A DNA stretch of 64,000 nucleotides from an uncultured bacterium (GTDB lineage Bacteria; Verrucomicrobiota; Verrucomicrobiia; Limisphaerales; UBA8199), in contig CAVVMW010000024.1 in NCBI GenBank assembly GCA_963749495.1, positions 213,171-277,170 on the forward strand, in the 5' to 3' direction. The notes under the pieces were generated by a model. That model was not told the origin of the DNA, ran no database searches, and saw nothing but the letters and a program-made list of their open reading frames with translations. Numbering within the stretch: position 1 is the stretch's first letter; each line of letters begins with the position of its first letter. Positions 63,053 to 64,000 of the stretch are shown piece after piece. The position numbers were made by a program, and so were the translations under genes.

Positions 63053-64000
63053 GCGCAGCCCTCCGGGAGACGGATTTCCACCACCACGGGCATCACTTGC
63101 ACCGAGCCGCGCAGGGCGTGGCGATTAGGGAGTATCTGCTCCAGCACCCGCCTTTCTTCGTGCTCCAGGAAACCACGCATGTTTTCGTGGTGCTGGCGGT
63201 GCCGCTGGAGTTCATCTTCGATCTCCTTAACCGAATCGTCGATCTCCTTTTGCTCTTTATACAGGTCGAGCTGGCTCAGTTCATTCAGCACTTTATCCAT
63301 CCGCTCGCGGATGTCCTTCGACTGTCTTTTTAATTCCCGCTCGATCTCCTGCCGCCTGACTTTGAACAGCGCCTTCTGGTCGTCACTTTCCCGGCGCAGG
63401 TCAACTTGGAGCTGCGTCCTGGCTTGCTGCGTCAGGGCATCGGTGTGCTGCTTCAGGAAGTCCTCGACCTCCAGGCTCACGCTCGCCCACAGGTCACGGG
63501 CCTTCCGAATCAGATCGGGGGAGGTCACCAGGGCACCACGCTGGTCCTCGCTGGCCGGGACGTGTGGCAGTCGCTGGCCCAGGCTGCCATCAACGACCGG
63601 GAAGCGGATGGTGCGCACCCATTGGTGGAAAGCCTCGCGCAGCTCGTTGACGGCGAGTTCTTCAACCGACAGAGCCACGACCGCCTGCGCCCCGGCAGGC
63701 ACCGCGCCGTAGCGCACTGTCCACCGGGAGGCCCATTGCGATTCCTCAGTGCCTGGATAACGCGCCCGCGCCAGCAAGAGCAGCGCCTGGTGGATGATGG
63801 GATGGCTCAAGCTGAACAGCACGGTGTCCTTGGCCGGACGAAAAACGCTGCGCCCGTTGCGATGCAACATGAACCTCCTGGGATCGAAGACGAGTCCGGG
63901 CAACGCACCGAGATTGGTATCGCGGGATGGCAGTCGAAGCTCCGAATCAACCAACTGTTTCCACTTCGGCGGAAGGTTGCCGGGAAACCGGTAGCGCCCG
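63049..64000 (-). CDS. SNF2-type helicase C-terminal region (DISARM DrmD-like), 5' end outside window
   Basis: Frame open to the window edge; LSHPII, EELAVNELRE, C-terminal coiled coil; stop overlaps the RM gene start. Confidence 0.55.
   Translation of the reverse strand, partial: GRYRFPGNLPPKWKQLVDSELRLPSRDTNLGALPGLVFDPRRFMLHRNGRSVFRPAKDTVLFSLSHPIIHQALLLLARARYPGTEESQWASRWTVRYGAVPAGAQAVVALSVEELAVNELREAFHQWVRTIRFPVVDGSLGQRLPHVPASEDQRGALVTSPDLIRKARDLWASVSLEVEDFLKQHTDALTQQARTQLQVDLRRESDDQKALFKVRRQEIERELKRQSKDIRERMDKVLNELSQLDLYKEQKEIDDSVKEIEDELQRHRQHHENMRGFLEHEERRVLEQILPNRHALRGSVQVMPVVVEIRLPEGCA

Overview
High-GC bacterial window, probably Verrucomicrobiota of the Pedosphaera/Limisphaerales type (inferred from gene content and repeat families, not proven). 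It has two halves. (1) About 1-28.4 kb is core chromosome: a sugar/amine catabolic cluster (GH116, APC permease, DegT-type aminotransferase, Hyi-like isomerase, MttB-family methyltransferase, GH106), a DUF433/PIN toxin-antitoxin pair, an ABC-F ATPase, prmC, murA, bamD-lptE, a SAM hydroxide adenosyltransferase and a hybrid histidine kinase. Intergenic DNA here is packed with REP/REPIN-like palindromes and 7-/9-mer tandem repeats, two of which sit in frame inside genes. (2) About 28.6-64 kb is a mosaic accessory region. Intact cargo genes, often lower in GC and often with their own leaderless promoter, sit among repeated eroded fragments of the same few backbone genes (RecD2, DUF72, YpsA/SLOG, EEP nuclease, DinB, a resolvase and a phage-type 'SPRxHxRRGH' protein). 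It ends in a broken DISARM-like locus. Best candidates for new biology: (a) a 69-nt non-canonical tRNA-like RNA with a G3.U70 alanine identity pair, inside a ~550-nt hairpin-rich non-coding tract next to 22-bp-phased direct repeats (45.0-45.65 kb); (b) a tandem array of four diversified FmdB-type zinc-ribbon genes behind an unknown gene (58.5-60.3 kb); (c) a SLOG-receiver fusion protein. All family calls come from motif recognition by eye; no database searches were run.
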